A DNA stretch of 64,000 bases from Phoronis australis (Eukaryota; Animalia; Phoronida), in NCBI GenBank assembly GCA_002633005.1, contig NMRA01000223.1, positions 280,237-344,236 on the forward strand, written 5' to 3'. Under the pieces are notes generated by a model. That model did no database searches and was not told the DNA's origin. It saw only the letters and a program-made list of their open reading frames with translations. Below, in pieces: positions 1 to 12,999 of the stretch. Position 1 is the stretch's first letter. Each line of letters begins with the position of its first letter. The translations under genes were made by a program, and so were the position numbers.

Positions 1-1504
1 CGCGTACGTGCTATTCGCAGTTATAACGTATAATTCAACCGATATTACAATATACGTATGCCTAAGAACGTGCTCCGAGTCAGTGACCCTGTAATCAGTT
101 TGCCGTAAACTTTGTTTATCTAAATTTTGAAGACGTGCGTTGTACTTGGCCTAATGTTTATTAATGTAGGGTCCTGACAACACACGGCTCTGAAAGTTTT
201 GAAAACGCATCTATTTCTTTACGCAGGTGCGTTTTCTGCCCACGCGTACATTTGATGTAAGAAATGGGCACCGACACTCTGAACTGAATGAATCAACTAA
301 ACATATTAATTTTTGAAAACGCCCTCAAAAGTGGACTTTTTTCAAACACCGTGTTGGGCGTATTCGTCAGTGTAGAAAAGCGAAATGAACAGATTTGTAC
401 ACTCTGCTCAAAGCACTTTTGTGGACATCCGGAAACGCCAACGTCGCTGTCTTTTAACGCGGTATGTGCTTGGCATTTCTTATGAAGCGCTCTCATACTG
501 GAATTTTTTTAATTGAGCGCAGTTTCAAAAAGTTGTTGTAGGTCTTCTTACAGCCGAGCACAGAAGAGTTATTCTGCACCTTGGTTTATTTTCTATCATT
601 TTTTCGACATCGCAATCGCTTTAAAAAAATTAACGCACATATGCCTTGTTGAGACAAATACCTTTTCACCACGTATTCACATCTTCCCGTTCAGAATTGT
701 TTTATTATACATAATTTGTCAATATGTTGTTGACAGAAAATATTTATTTTTGGAACAACGTGAACGAAGAACTGATACATGTAACTAGCGCTGATTTTAA
801 CGTCACCGATGCCCTAAAAACGGAATGCGCAAAGCTAGAATTGGTTGTAGCCTCAACAGTGGCTATTCCGTGTTTGATGTCACTGTCCAAGTTCGTGGAA
901 ATCGTAACCCTATGATGAAGTTAGAGTCATCGAAGTCCGTGGGCTTAGGGCATTCTGGACCGTGAAGTTTGCTTCTGTACGGCAAGGGTTAATCATATGA
1001 AAATAAAAACCCCGGAGTGAGAGCTCTTCGCGGTGTAACAACTCAATCACTATCCCATCATCATGGGCACGTGATAGGAGTACCGTGGAGAATTTTAAAA
1101 ACGCAAAAAGATGCAGTACTGCGTATCACAAACAAAAAACAATTGTGGGCGAAGAGTGTCAAAAATAGCTGCGTTTACAAAATGACTACAGAGTTGTATT
1201 GACCAGGAAGCAGCCAATCTAATGCAGCTTGTTAACGTCACGATTGAAATTAAAGGTCAAATGTAAAGAAAACATTCACGTCTTTTAACCAAAACTTGTA
1301 GCACTGTCCATAATTCAATAATATTACCGCTGGCCTTCAACCTTCGAATTATTGGTGTTACACAACCGATGTAAACTCATGCAACGGAGACATTGGAACT
1401 AGGTTAATTTATTTGACCCCGTGCTAAGACGAATATGCATCGACACGCAAAGTGGTATCAGCCTGACAACCTATTACGCAACTGCTACTGTAGCCTAAAA
1501 ATAG

Positions 1505-1695
1505 CAACTGGTCGGCTGATGGCTGGTCGGCTGAAGGGTCGGCTGAAGGGTCGGCTGGGGAGTCGCCTTATGAGTCGGCACTGCGGGCGGCTGCCGGTCG
1601 GCTAATTTTTAGCCGACCGGTCGGCAAATTTGCCGACCGGTCGACGGCCGGCCATCGACCAATTTCCGACCGGTCGGCCAAAAATTCGTGATGTG
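1505..1695. repeat. Cluster of GGTCGGCTGA / GCCGACCGGTCGGC palindromic repeats, likely the subterminal region of a CAC...GTG-ended DNA transposon
   Basis: More than 10 GTCGG/CCGAC motifs in both orientations ending ...cgtgatgtg. A matching left end was not found in the window. Confidence 0.5.
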
Positions 1696-2039
1696 TGCTG
1701 TACTTAGGTCTTCCTATAATTTATATAACTATGTATGCAGGAAGTGGTTTTGGGTTTTAAACTTTCCGCCATTTTGTTGTTTCTGCTTTCGAGTTTACTG
1801 TGAGTATCTGTACTACTGTTGTCTTCATTCTGGTTTTATAAAATTGTCGTCATCACTGCCCATCGACAAGCTATATTCTTAAAGATTTTATTGACGACTA
1901 ATATTAATACGAATTATGAATATCATTCTAGGTCGTTTGGAGAAGAAAATTGATTTTGTAGAAGTCTATTAGTTTTTTCACCGATTGAAAGTTGATCCAG
2001 TGAAGAGCACACCACTGGACATTGTAAAGTGTACCTCAG

Positions 2040-3470
2040 CATCTCACGTAGAGAGGAACACCACTCCTACTTGTCCAGGTGTCCCGCGACGCACTGTCAA
2101 TGGATGGTGACTTGAGCACACAAAGAGCTTATATCCTACCCGTAACCCCCTTGCCACACACCAGGACCTTCTATTTAGCCCCAATATCTTATTGGGTTCA
2201 AATAAAACAACAAGAATAATAAATACTTTCAGTTGTATTGGGAATTTCAGGGTCACAGCTCTACAAATGAGTATTTCACAGAAGGAACCAGATGGGTTCC
2301 TTAATTACAAGACATAACACACACATTTCCGACACCCAAATTGTAATTGAGTATCGGCACAGGATAGCATAGTACCAAATGGGTACATAATGCCAAATGG
2401 GTATTGGTTGATTGCCTACCAACTGGGTCTAGCAAAGTGGCAAATTCAATCACAAGTACCAAACGGGTACAAACTGCCAAATGGGCAAATATCATATAAA
2501 GTACCAAGTGGGTACACCAAACAGCCAACTGGGCTATAAAAACCTGCAAATCAGGTTCCAGACAAGCTGAGTGAGCAGACCAGCCGGAGTGATAAAAAGA
2601 AATATTATAATGAACGTGGTGTTGTGGCTCAGTATGTGCCACATGGGCAGGGTTGTTCATGGATGAACAATCCTGTCCAGCGCCAAAACCCACGTGGGGG
2701 CCCTGACCCTGGTAGAGGAGCGACAGGGGGTGGGAGAAAAAGGTAGTCACAACCAATGAGAAAGGGACCGATACCAGTCCCGGATTTGCCTCCGTATTCA
2801 GTGAAGCTCACCCTCCCCCCCGCCCTCCGGGCTGCAGGCACGATGTTCGACTTGGGGCACGGCACATGAGGACAGATTGGGTACCTCACGGTGAGCTGTA
2901 CCGCTCCCGCAAAGCTCGAAGCCCAGCCACACCCTGGCCGACGAGAGGCCGGAGTTGTGGTTGCTGTACATTACAAGCATCTCTACTGGCCCCATACCAC
3001 ACTCACCTAGCAGACACTGCTATGCCTTAACTACAAGGGAAATTGAACCACATAACGGTGGAAGCACAAACCTACCTGGAGGACCTGCAGTGGTTCCCAC
3101 CCGAACAACACATGGTACAGGACCGCCCAACGCTCCCGGCCGGGCTTTCCCCGGGTCCAAGCCGCCCCCAAAGGCCAACTAACCCTCACTCATATCGCGG
3201 CAAATCCTGGCGAAATTCAGCCGGTTTAGGGCACACTTTAGTACCCCAAGTTTGAGCCCCCAATTATTACGAATCTGATGCATCATGTACATGTATTAGC
3301 TAGGGTAGAGCAGCCGAAGGGAACTGACGTTCAGCTTCCTATGTGCGAAGGTGTTGGTAATGCGGTGGAACAATTAACTTGCGTACCAGAAGAGGTAAGC
3401 CTTATGTCAATGGCTCACACGGAAGGATGTGCTGTTAGGGAAACTCGCGGCAATATTGTACTGAGAACAG
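2040..3470 (-). mobile_element. Probable Ngaro/DIRS-type tyrosine-recombinase retrotransposon relic
   Basis: GC-rich island. The minus strand shows frameshifted TAH/SFRV and IGS*TS (compare YR HSFRxG and GRWxS) at ~3430-3320. These are followed by FVIIGGS, VVRVGT and HP....GPHV, resembling SGNH-hydrolase blocks. Short ~30-bp repeats agtaccaaatgggtac lie at 2370-2530. Confidence 0.4.
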
Positions 3471-3480
3471 AAAGATTGTA

Positions 3481-3710
3481 GATTTCTTTTTATAAAACAT
3501 TTTTATTTATTTTTTTAAACATTTTTATTTATTTTTTTTAAATATTTTCATTTGTGTGTGTTTTTTAAATATTTTATGTAGTTTTTAAAATATCTTTTAA
3601 TATTTTTTTTTCAAATATTATTTATTTTTTATTTAGTTTTTATATTTGTTATTTATTTATTTTTTTAAATAGTTTTATTTGTTTTTATTTTTTATTTATT
3701 TTTATATAAG
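3481..3710. repeat. T/A-rich low-complexity tract
   Basis: Degenerate (TTTTA)n. Confidence 0.85.
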
Positions 3711-5647
3711 TTATGAAAGAAGTAATGGTTCAGGAAAGGTAAAGCACCATCAGCATGGGAGATGCCATTTCATATAAAGATTATGAAGATATCTAAAATC
3801 ATTATTCAAACAGTCCTATTTATTTGCTGATGCTATTGAGATCAAAACCTACAGTTTGATAAATATCATTAATTAAAACCACGTATCAAGCTATCTGCCA
3901 CAGACAGACCTTCATACGGAAACTGGCATGTCTACTATATGTCTAAGAAAAATAAGACATCTATAAAAATCCTACAGAACACAACTATACAAGAGAACAG
4001 AGCAGCAACAGGCTCTCAGGAATAATGATACCCAAGTCGTATAAAATAGACACCAGGTACATAAATCAGGAAGCAACTTGGGTTACAAAATATGATTGGC
4101 AGTAAAAAGGCCTAGCACCCTATCAATGTATTCAAGGAATATCCTAGAGCTAAGCAAAAGGACAAATAACATTTGTGCTGTCGATGTCAGGAAAATATGT
4201 GCACAACTAGTCAGTAAATGCAATTAAGCCTAGGGTTCTGGTATCATGAAAGTTTAGTCTAAAAATTTCCATTGCTGGCACGAGGTTATCAGCACTACGC
4301 AACAAGTTTTTATATAATTACATAACAGTGAAACCACAGGCTGGCACATTACCATGAAATCTGGGTCAATGAGCACTGCAACTGAATTTGGGCTAGTGTG
4401 ATCCCAGTGTGCTTTGGTGACGGAATTTTAGGAAGTAGGTTCGGCACATTTGCGTAGAATATAGGTTAACAAAATGAAAGGTTGGGCTGCTTGGCAGACT
4501 GTGCACTGTAGAAAACACCAGCAAAAGGTCAACTCACTGCTAGTTTCCCTATGTGCACGCTGCGTGGTACGTTCGGATAATCACAGTAGGGAAAAAGCGC
4601 AAAACCGACCCAAAGACGGAAAACCACGCACTTACGCAAGACCTTACTGTCATGTGATTTCGGAGTGCTATTTAGCTAATGGTGAAGAGAAATTGAGATA
4701 TGTGTTTTGTTTCGACTTGACTTTGTAATCAGTTAAGCTGTAGTAAGATTTGCCGAAAATAAAGCTGCAACCAAAGTTTCCAGTATACATTCACGCCTGT
4801 CTTTACTTGCAGCGACATCAAAATACTGGAGTAACCAATTCCAAATGCATGCATAGCTGGGGGAAGCCATGGTCATGTAACCAGTTTGGTGGCATTCCAC
4901 CACCTGTCTGTTGACACATGCATTTTCTGGGATCGGTTTCATTAACTTGACTAAAATAAAGAAATTCCCTCTTACGCTCCAATTTAAAAATGTTGTAGTC
5001 AAAGAGTTATGACCTCATGACAGTCGAAAAGTAATTCAATTAAAAACTCAGTAACTAGCAGTGATGTGTATATTCTCAATCTCATACACATTTGCTCATT
5101 TGAAATCGTTGCGTGGATACGTCTGCGTTACGGAAACACTCTTGTCTGGCTATCCGTGACGCTGGCCGTAAAAAGTTTATAAAAAAGTCGATGTAATATA
5201 TTTTATACCTATATCAAAATCAATGTTTGTTTCACCACACCTACAATATTTTCACGTGTATGAAAAACTAAATGTATAAAAGAATTACTCACCTAAACAT
5301 GTAAGGCTTCCTCTCTAACAACGCAGACTTGGGTAACTTTTAGGGACAACATTATCCTGTATTGAAAACAGTTTGTACGTCTGGCGGTGCCAAATATCTT
5401 GAGGAAGCAATCGTATCTTTCGAATGAGAATTCCACAGACGCCCCCAAATTGGTAATGTTTAAGACGAGCATTTCTATTTTGGTTATTTTTCATGAGGGG
5501 ACAACTATTGTCTTCTTGTGTGCTATCTGAGTGTCACCGGTTACTTGGAGATATTATTGGGATTAAGTGCTGTGACAATTTCCTTGTCTTTGTGCTTGCG
5601 TTTTCATTTGATCAATTAATTGATGAAGTTAACAATCTGTCACGCAG

Positions 5648-5920
5648 AACCATGCACACAGCACGGGATTGGAAAGGACTATCTTGGATCTAAATCGACT
5701 ACTTACAAAGGGGAACGTTGTATGAGCTGGTCACACCCAGATGTGGTCAGAAAACTTCATGAGACAAGCATAGGTGAAGATGGATTTAACCGCATGACCA
5801 TGATAGAGAAGAGGTCAAATCTCTGTCGAAATCCAGACTCCAGACCAAACGGCCCTTGGTGCTACATCGACGGCCGATTCCCAAATTGGGACTACTGCGA
5901 AATTGAGAGGTGTAACAATG
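5648..5920 (+). CDS. Kringle-domain exon (phase 1-1) of an unidentified gene
   Basis: cgcag|..CTQHGIGKDYLGSKSTTYKGERCMSWS...NLCRNPDSRPNGPWCYIDGRFPNWDYCEIERC..|gtaagt. It has six Cys and the NxCRNPD and GPWCY kringle signatures. 273 nt, symmetric phase 1. Confidence 0.88.
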
Positions 5921-8387
5921 GTAAGTTTCAATTGCACGACACAATTGACCAATTCTATTAGTATTGACCTACCTCCCCATAAAACACTTTGTGGAATACC
6001 CCTCAAAATATATAATAGACGCGGAAATCTCCTTCATATATAATTGATTATCCCATAAGGGTTGAACCTGTCGCGAGAAATACGGCCATATAATAAGGTT
6101 TTCCGTATTCACATCCCGCACTACCTCTTACATGTAAAGTTTAAAATGTAGGCCAATGTCGACTCGGCGTCGTTAGCCGGTTCGATCACCAAACTTTCGG
6201 AAAATAGTTTAAGAGTCACTGCCGGCAAGAAAAAGTCAGTCAGATGCGGGAATATGACATGTCACGGATTTTTTTGAAATATAGCTTAGTTTTAGTCTTA
6301 GGCGGAATGGTCAACGCTTAAAATAATTTTATTTAAAATATCTAACTTCTTCACAGAAAACTGCCCCTCGAAATTGTTGGTTAGTTTATGGCTTCGGAAA
6401 CCGTCAAATTTTAGCATTTTTGTTGCATCACTGTGCAAAAAAACGACAAATTAACAGAAACTAAGAATGACATACTGAATAAACACTTCTGTCTACATGA
6501 AAATGTAAAATTAATAGTTGAAACTTAGTCGCAAATTAGCTATTTCTGTTACTTATTCAACCCACCTGAGTCAAGCTGTGTTACTGGTGGACATGCCCTT
6601 TACTCGATCGATATTTCTTTTACCGCACAAAAACACTCAGAAAAGTAACATGCTACATGTGAAAGCTGAGCCTTTGTAGAGTACATATCTATTAAAAAAA
6701 GTCGTGCACAGCGACCTGTGTGTATTGCATGCTTTGATTGAAACCACCCACTTTGCTGATATCGGTCGTCCTGTTCGCCATTTCTGTCACACTCTCATTA
6801 ACAAACCAACAAAGTTCTAAAGATTGTTGAGTAACAAAAAACGATGTCAACAAGATCGTTAAGATTATTCAAAGCTTGAAATCTGAATTACATTAAAATT
6901 CTTGCGGCTAGTGTTAAAATTTCACAATTAAATATGTATTACGGCCTGAAAAGGATGGCCATTGTAGGTCCTGTAATGTCTGCGTTACGTCTAGTAACGT
7001 TAAGTGGTTCCGAAAAAAACAGGAACCTGTATAAACACGAGGCAAGCCAAAATCATAACTTGATTGAATGGTTATTGCTAAATATACCTTTTAAGTACCT
7101 AAGACCCATGTTGAGCACTGATCTTGTAAAGGTGAAAATCTTCCGGGTAGCAATTTTTCTGCTGCTCATCAGATGGCGCACGGGTTTACCGAGTCGGAAA
7201 AATGAACCTTCTGCTGAACAAGTTGTAATCATTACGCAGTGCCAAGTAAATATTTTAGAGTGCTCCCAGGCGTGTAACTTTGAGAAATCCTACATTTTTG
7301 GCTAACTATCTAATGCACGGAAAACATATATTGGCTATTGCTATTTCTATAGGAGTGTTTTTGGCCAACCTCTACTCAACAGTTCTTGAATCAACGTTTC
7401 AGCCAGTTGTATTTAAAATTATCACCGGGTCTTCCATTTTAGTAATGACAATTGCAAAGTAAAGGACTGAAACGTAGATTCGATGGGGTGAGAATGGACC
7501 AGAAGATTCCAACCGTGATTATAGAACATGCCTAACACAATATGAATTCGATATGTACATAAAAATACTACATAGGGCTAGGAATGCCATTGGTTAATCT
7601 GGGCATCAGATGTAAACCACTAGCAGAGATCCAGAATTTCAAAAGGGGCAATTGCAATGGTGGTATGAATTTAAAGTACAGACATACTACAAAAATGTCA
7701 AATTATTTTACGTAAGGTATCGTTGAAACCAAAATCTACAACACACAGCATTTTTTGTCAACACCATACAAAAACAGGAAAAACGGAAAGTGCTCTGGCA
7801 GTATGCTTCCAGGGATGTTAATAATATGTAATATATAAAAAAAACTTCTAGGTGGAGCAGCATACATTATATTCGTCTGAAACAAGACAATCGCTGTCAC
7901 ATTAATGCCAAATTTCATACATCAAGATACTTGGTTGATACAGAACCGCTAGAGGAGGCCACAGCACTCACACATGTCCCAAATTTATGCCGGGCATACT
8001 CTCCTCAATAATGTAACACATACATTAATTTGCACCCAGATTCATCAACAGAACTTTGTAAATTTTGCGGCGCAGATGTACAAACAAATTGCCACTCTGG
8101 GGGTCTCGGTGATTGCACCCATCAGATAACCTGTCAGTCGTGATCATATCAACAGGAACACATAACCAAAATTTCACAGAGCTACCTTCCAAGCAATTTC
8201 AAGGACAGAGAGGCTGCTGCCAGAAAAAAAATAATCCTTAGTGGCATAGAATATTTTAAATCCAGCCGAAAAACCAGTTTGTTCTCGTTTCCTCAACAGA
8301 AACAAAGATACCATATTGCACGAAAATACATCAAGAATCTTGGTAGATATAGAGGCATACATCAAGAAAACTTAAATTGCTATTAAG

Positions 8388-8543
8388 CAGTGTTGTAGTG
8401 GCGCGTAGGCACAGGTAGGCGCAACCAACCACCTTTTGGAATTTGAACGTAGTGCCTAAGCACGATAAGTTACGTTCAGTGCTCAAGGTGATACGCTTGT
8501 CTTTCGGCGCCTACTTGTCTGTAATTTTACCCCTACAGCACTG
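8388..8543. mobile_element. hAT-type MITE (same family as 14366-14485)
   Basis: cagtgttgtag...ctacagcactg. Degenerate TSD ctattaag/ccattaaa. Shares the internal cagtgctcaaggtgatacg. Confidence 0.72.
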
Positions 8544-10094
8544 CCATTAAAGGGTACCATAGGGGATCGTCTATTCAACAGTCAGTGTCAGTCATGCTCA
8601 TCTCAATGACAACGTTTCTGTACAGATTACACAGGTACGCCAGGAAGTTGGGAAACGTGGCTGTCTCCATACCTGAAACTAATGTGCGAAATTTGATGAA
8701 AATCACTCGAGGAACTTACTAAATAAATAGACTAACATGAAGAAGTAAAGTTGCTACTAGGGGCCCAGTGGTAGTCAAATACATCCCAAAACTCTCTTAT
8801 GTCATCTCATTTGCAAAATTTCACATTCACCAAGGATTTGGAGATGCAGCAGTAGATGCCAGACAAAAAGACCAGGATGACAGCATAATGGGCCTACACA
8901 CGCATGCTTGCAAACAGTCATACAGAACAAGGCAAAAGTAATCAGACACTAAGAATCTTTTTCCCACTTGATGGCTAGTCCTGTTAAAGTCACTATTTCC
9001 TTTACTTTCGCCTGCTTAGATCACAAATTTAGCTTTGCCAATCGAAAGATATCACTAAANTACAGAATGTCTTAGCCACCATACTAACTTTCCTGTATCC
9101 CTTCATTTTCAGGAAGACCACATTGACCACGAATTCTACTTTTGCCCCAGCTGCCATGGCAAGGAATTCCGGGTTATTTTGTCAGGATACGTTTGGCTTG
9201 TACTGTATATTAGTGTACCTGTATACAGATAACCTGGAAATGACAGTTAAGGGGACACTTGGCGTGAGAAGTGATTTCACAAAAAATATCTAGCAACATT
9301 ACTTCATAGCAATAGACACACGATAAGGTGCACAACAAGAATACAGTAACAGTGATTATTACGATCTACATGGACACTGCTCAAGATATTCAAACAGCAG
9401 TTCTATGATTGTGTCATGCAGTTCTAGTTTGTTGTGAACACCTCATTGGATCGCTTTTTTGATCAGGTTTCATGCCTTCGTTGAACGCATGTCAAAACAT
9501 CTTTACGTTTTCAGTCATTATTTCAGACCCTTATGCTGACTTCAGAGCCTACCCCATTGTGCTGTATGACACTCCTGCTGTTTGGGTACTAGCTGCTTGC
9601 ATTTTTACACCTGCAAATGTAAAACTCAATAAGATAGTACATGTTACCTACTCCATTGGCAGGCTACCAGAACAACAATTGTCAAACACTCGTGAACATC
9701 ACTCANAACAAGATTAATTTGTTCTGAACCTCGGTTCTCTCAACTATTTCTGTCGCTATCCCGAGTCATTCGAAGTCGACGTAGCCGTGTACTTGTCTAC
9801 ATTACATAATAATATACAACTTGCTACAGCCTCGTGAGTTGTGTTCAATTTTAAACCTGCAATCGAGTCTTAGTGATTCATGAATTCGTCAAGCTTGGTT
9901 GTAAACGTTTCCTCTTCTGGGAGATTATGTACCACTCGGAAGTGCACGATATCAGTTGCTGACGAAAAATAAGCTTCCTGCGTGACACTGTGATGTTCAA
10001 TTTCCAGGCCCCGGGACTGCATGGGTTTGCAATTATAGAGCTCTGAACCTAGTGCATGGGGTAGAAACGATTCCTTGGCTGCATCTCTAAATTA

Positions 10095-10439
10095 TATTGG
10101 CGGATCGAGGATACCATAAGGGGGGGGAAACATTTTGTCTTGGGCAAGTGTGGTTTATGATTGAATGCGAGGAGCCAGCCCGAAAAATTGGGTTGCTCGA
10201 ATTTCTGGTCCTCGCACTACAAAGCTAACAGTGGACTAAAAAAACAAAAAAAATGAGAAGGCGTTTATGCAGGTCCCCTGATACGATCGGGTCCGAGCCC
10301 CCCCCCCCCGCAGCCACATGTTAAGTACCGAGATTAATTAGTGGACTCAATATTTCCTCGCGCCCTTGCCGTTTTGCTTCTTTTGCGGCAGCCAAGGGGG
10401 GGGGCAGTCCCCCAGTCCCCCCCCCTAAATCCACCTATG
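10095..10439. mobile_element. MITE of the GGCGGATC-TIR family, nested in the Kolobok
   Basis: Ends tattggcggatc...atccacctatg with internal G/C homopolymer tracts. Flanks aatta/catta. Confidence 0.5.
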
Positions 10440-10607
10440 CATTAATCCAAAACCCAATCCTAAACCAGTAGATGATTTCCAATCTGATAGTCATACAGTG
10501 ATTGTCTTTGTACTTGTTGGCAAATAAATCCTACAACAATACAAACAAAAGTTATAAAAATTGTTCTCATTACGGTGAATGTTGTCACTGAATTACTCTT
10601 ACTTTAG

Positions 10608-11590
10608 GGTCGAATGAGTCGCATGAATAAAAGAAGGAATTGAGAGACCTAATGTTGGATGTCGCCAAGCAAGACCCCCACGTCTAGAATTTAGGCTACC
10701 AGAGGTCACTTCACTGGATCATTACCCAGCACCATCAGAAGATCCATCATGGTGCCCGTGTCACAGGTGTCAAGAAATGCCAACCAGAAATAAAAGTGTG
10801 CTGTGGGAGGCAATTGCTAACTGCGTTTCATTATTACCTGTAAGTATTCACTAAACCGTTGTCTAAAAATTCAATCACTACAAAGTTTTTAGTATTGACT
10901 ACAGACTACATATATCAGTGGGAAACATTTTACAAAATTGTTTAGTACTTTTTTGGTCTGCTCTTTTTCATTTTTAAGGTGATTCATATTAATGTCGCCA
11001 GGACCTCAAAGACTCCTATAGCTACTTTAGTTTTGAGTCTTCAATTGGTTTAAACAGATATACAGCCACACAATTCAAATCACTTTTTGAAGAAAAACAA
11101 ATCTTTGCCCAAGAACTCAAATCAAATCTCAGTAGCAAATCCCATCCAAAACCAACCAAATGTCAATTTACAAAAGTATTGGTGAGTTCAGTCTGCAATA
11201 ATGAAAATAATTCTATACGTTTTGATTGTCCAATATAGGATGTCAACCCCAATCAACCAGTTGTTGTTGTATATAATTCATTTGCAAGAGACAAATGTTC
11301 CTTATCAAATCTACAGTAATGCGAAACCGCACGATAATATATTTTACCAATGCTTTCAGGATTTCCAAGTGCTTTGCCTGGAGAAGGTGTACTTGCCTTA
11401 GACGAGCTGCAACGAAATGTGATGACACTGAAGCCAGAGACTGATTAGAATGCGTCTAACTGACATCAGGCATACAGAAACTTTATCTTGGGGCAACATG
11501 GACATCTTGGGAGACATGTGGACACAGTTGCACAGTTGTATTTGGACAAAAATATTCACAGACTTTATTGGGACATACAGGCTACACAAC
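10608..11590 (+). pseudogene. P2X7-C-terminal-like Cys-rich (Kolobok second ORF, KolX) pseudogene, two visible exons 10608-10839 and 11360-~11590
   Basis: PSWCPCHRCQEMPT..VCCG..NCVS|DFQVLCL...HQAYRNFIL.QHGHLG...SCIWTKI matches the WCxCxxCxxMxTxxExxCC, AYRxFxxWxxGxLG and PSC pattern. Multiple frameshifts and stops. Confidence 0.75.
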
Positions 11591-12549
11591 AATTGTAGCT
11601 GAGCACTGAAACCTGCTTGTGCACAATTGTTACTTTGTGAGATGAAAGCACAAGTGTCAGAGTGAACTTTTTATTTCTTAGTCTAGTATAAAAAGTCCAT
11701 TTGGATTTGCAACAAGAACCTAGAGCATTCTTAAATTAGTTACCATCATGTAGAGCAACGACCCCAATTTCGAAAAACCAGTAATGGATTAACTTTTCAA
11801 AATAATGTAAAATACTAAAATCGACTTCCCACCTAGTTCTCTGCAACAAATTAATGCTCTGTAACCATCGAAAACCCTCAAAACTTGGAGGAAATTTTTC
11901 AAAGTCTGCTAAACAGTAAAAGCATAACGTATGCTTTTAGCAAATTGCATGCAACTCTGGGAAAGGCCACCGACCAAGGAACATAATGTCTAATTTGTGA
12001 GATAGGGGTATGAGTTTTTAGTTGATTCCTGCTTTTGTCTTTCCTGATTAACACCAATGATGCATTAGCAGGTGACAGAGAGATGATTGGTCAAAATTAA
12101 CAAAACAAGATATCCTTTCAACAGACATAGTCTCCTGGTTGTTTGGCCATGGCCCATAATCAGAAGTTGCAACATTTTCTGATTTAAAGTTCCAGATAGC
12201 TTTTGCAATGACCAATCGCGAGTAATCTGCTACTCATGTAACACACCTTACTTACAAGCACAACCTATAACCCAACAGCATAGCCATTCAAAGTATATAC
12301 TGTAATGTTCAACACCATCACTATCAAATTTAAGATTTCTAAATGCAGGTTTTAATATGAATGTGAATTGCCTAAGCAGTAAAACATCACTAAAAACATA
12401 ATTTTACGTAACAGAGAAGACAAACCACTGACTACACATTTGGCTGAGAAAATAGTTAAGAATCAATACAACTATCCAATGGTAATACAAGTTAAACTGT
12501 TATTACCAGTTGTATCTTACTCACCATGTAGAAAGTGTTTCTGTAAACC

Positions 12550-12830
12550 AAACGCTCCTTAAAGAAATTGTTTGCACAAAGTTAAGGTTCAGGGCTTGGA
12601 ATGATCAATGACAGGTGATGTATCATTCCACAAATTAATACTAGGGTCTGTGATAGAGATTTTTGGTATAGAAGTCAAAATAATGATAAAAAAGAGACAT
12701 AAAGAGGAAATTGGAAATACAATAAGAGGAAATCGAAACCAAAAGAGAGTAAATCCTCTTAAAAGAGGAAAATTACAAGCCTTGACAGTTTCCAAATTGA
12801 CACTACACAAACTGCCCATGGCAGAGTTTG
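12550..12830 (-). mobile_element. LINE (CR1/L2-like) ORF2 3' fragment
   Basis: SITDPSINLWNDTSPVI resembles the ORF2 C-terminal LWNxLP motif. Heavily degenerate. Confidence 0.35.
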
Positions 12831-12999
12831 AAGGTCGATGGCCTGACTGAACATGTTAACTTCTGCATAACTGGATGTATCATGACTATAAACCAAACTG
12901 TAGTACCAGATGATCCTCTGCAACAAACTAGGGCACATGACTGAATAACACTCAGTTGCCATATCATCTTAAATAACCTCTGTCAGGCAGCTTCTTTGA

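Noticed and set aside
6934-7462. 123-aa and 60-aa ORFs as genes
   Set aside because: They have no domain signature or splice structure and are of a length expected by chance.
9113-9232. + strand exon continuing the kringle gene
   Set aside because: It has a good acceptor, but the required phase-1 frame stops after four codons and shows no recognisable domain.
9251-9706. Long terminal direct repeats on the 9.7-16.9 kb Kolobok
   Set aside because: No direct repeat is visible between 9251-9700 and 16400-16911. The TTAA|ggggacact match to the right end is weak and separated from the element by a gap.
10608-11590. Genuine P2X7 purinoceptor gene
   Set aside because: Only the Cys-rich C-terminal-like domain is present, it is disrupted, it has no P2X ectodomain or TM helices, and it is paired with transposase remnants.
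4318-12412. Other D-box cores (e.g. ~4318, ~7708, ~9802, ~12404)
   Set aside because: They are isolated singletons at about the frequency expected by chance and are not next to a supported host TSS.
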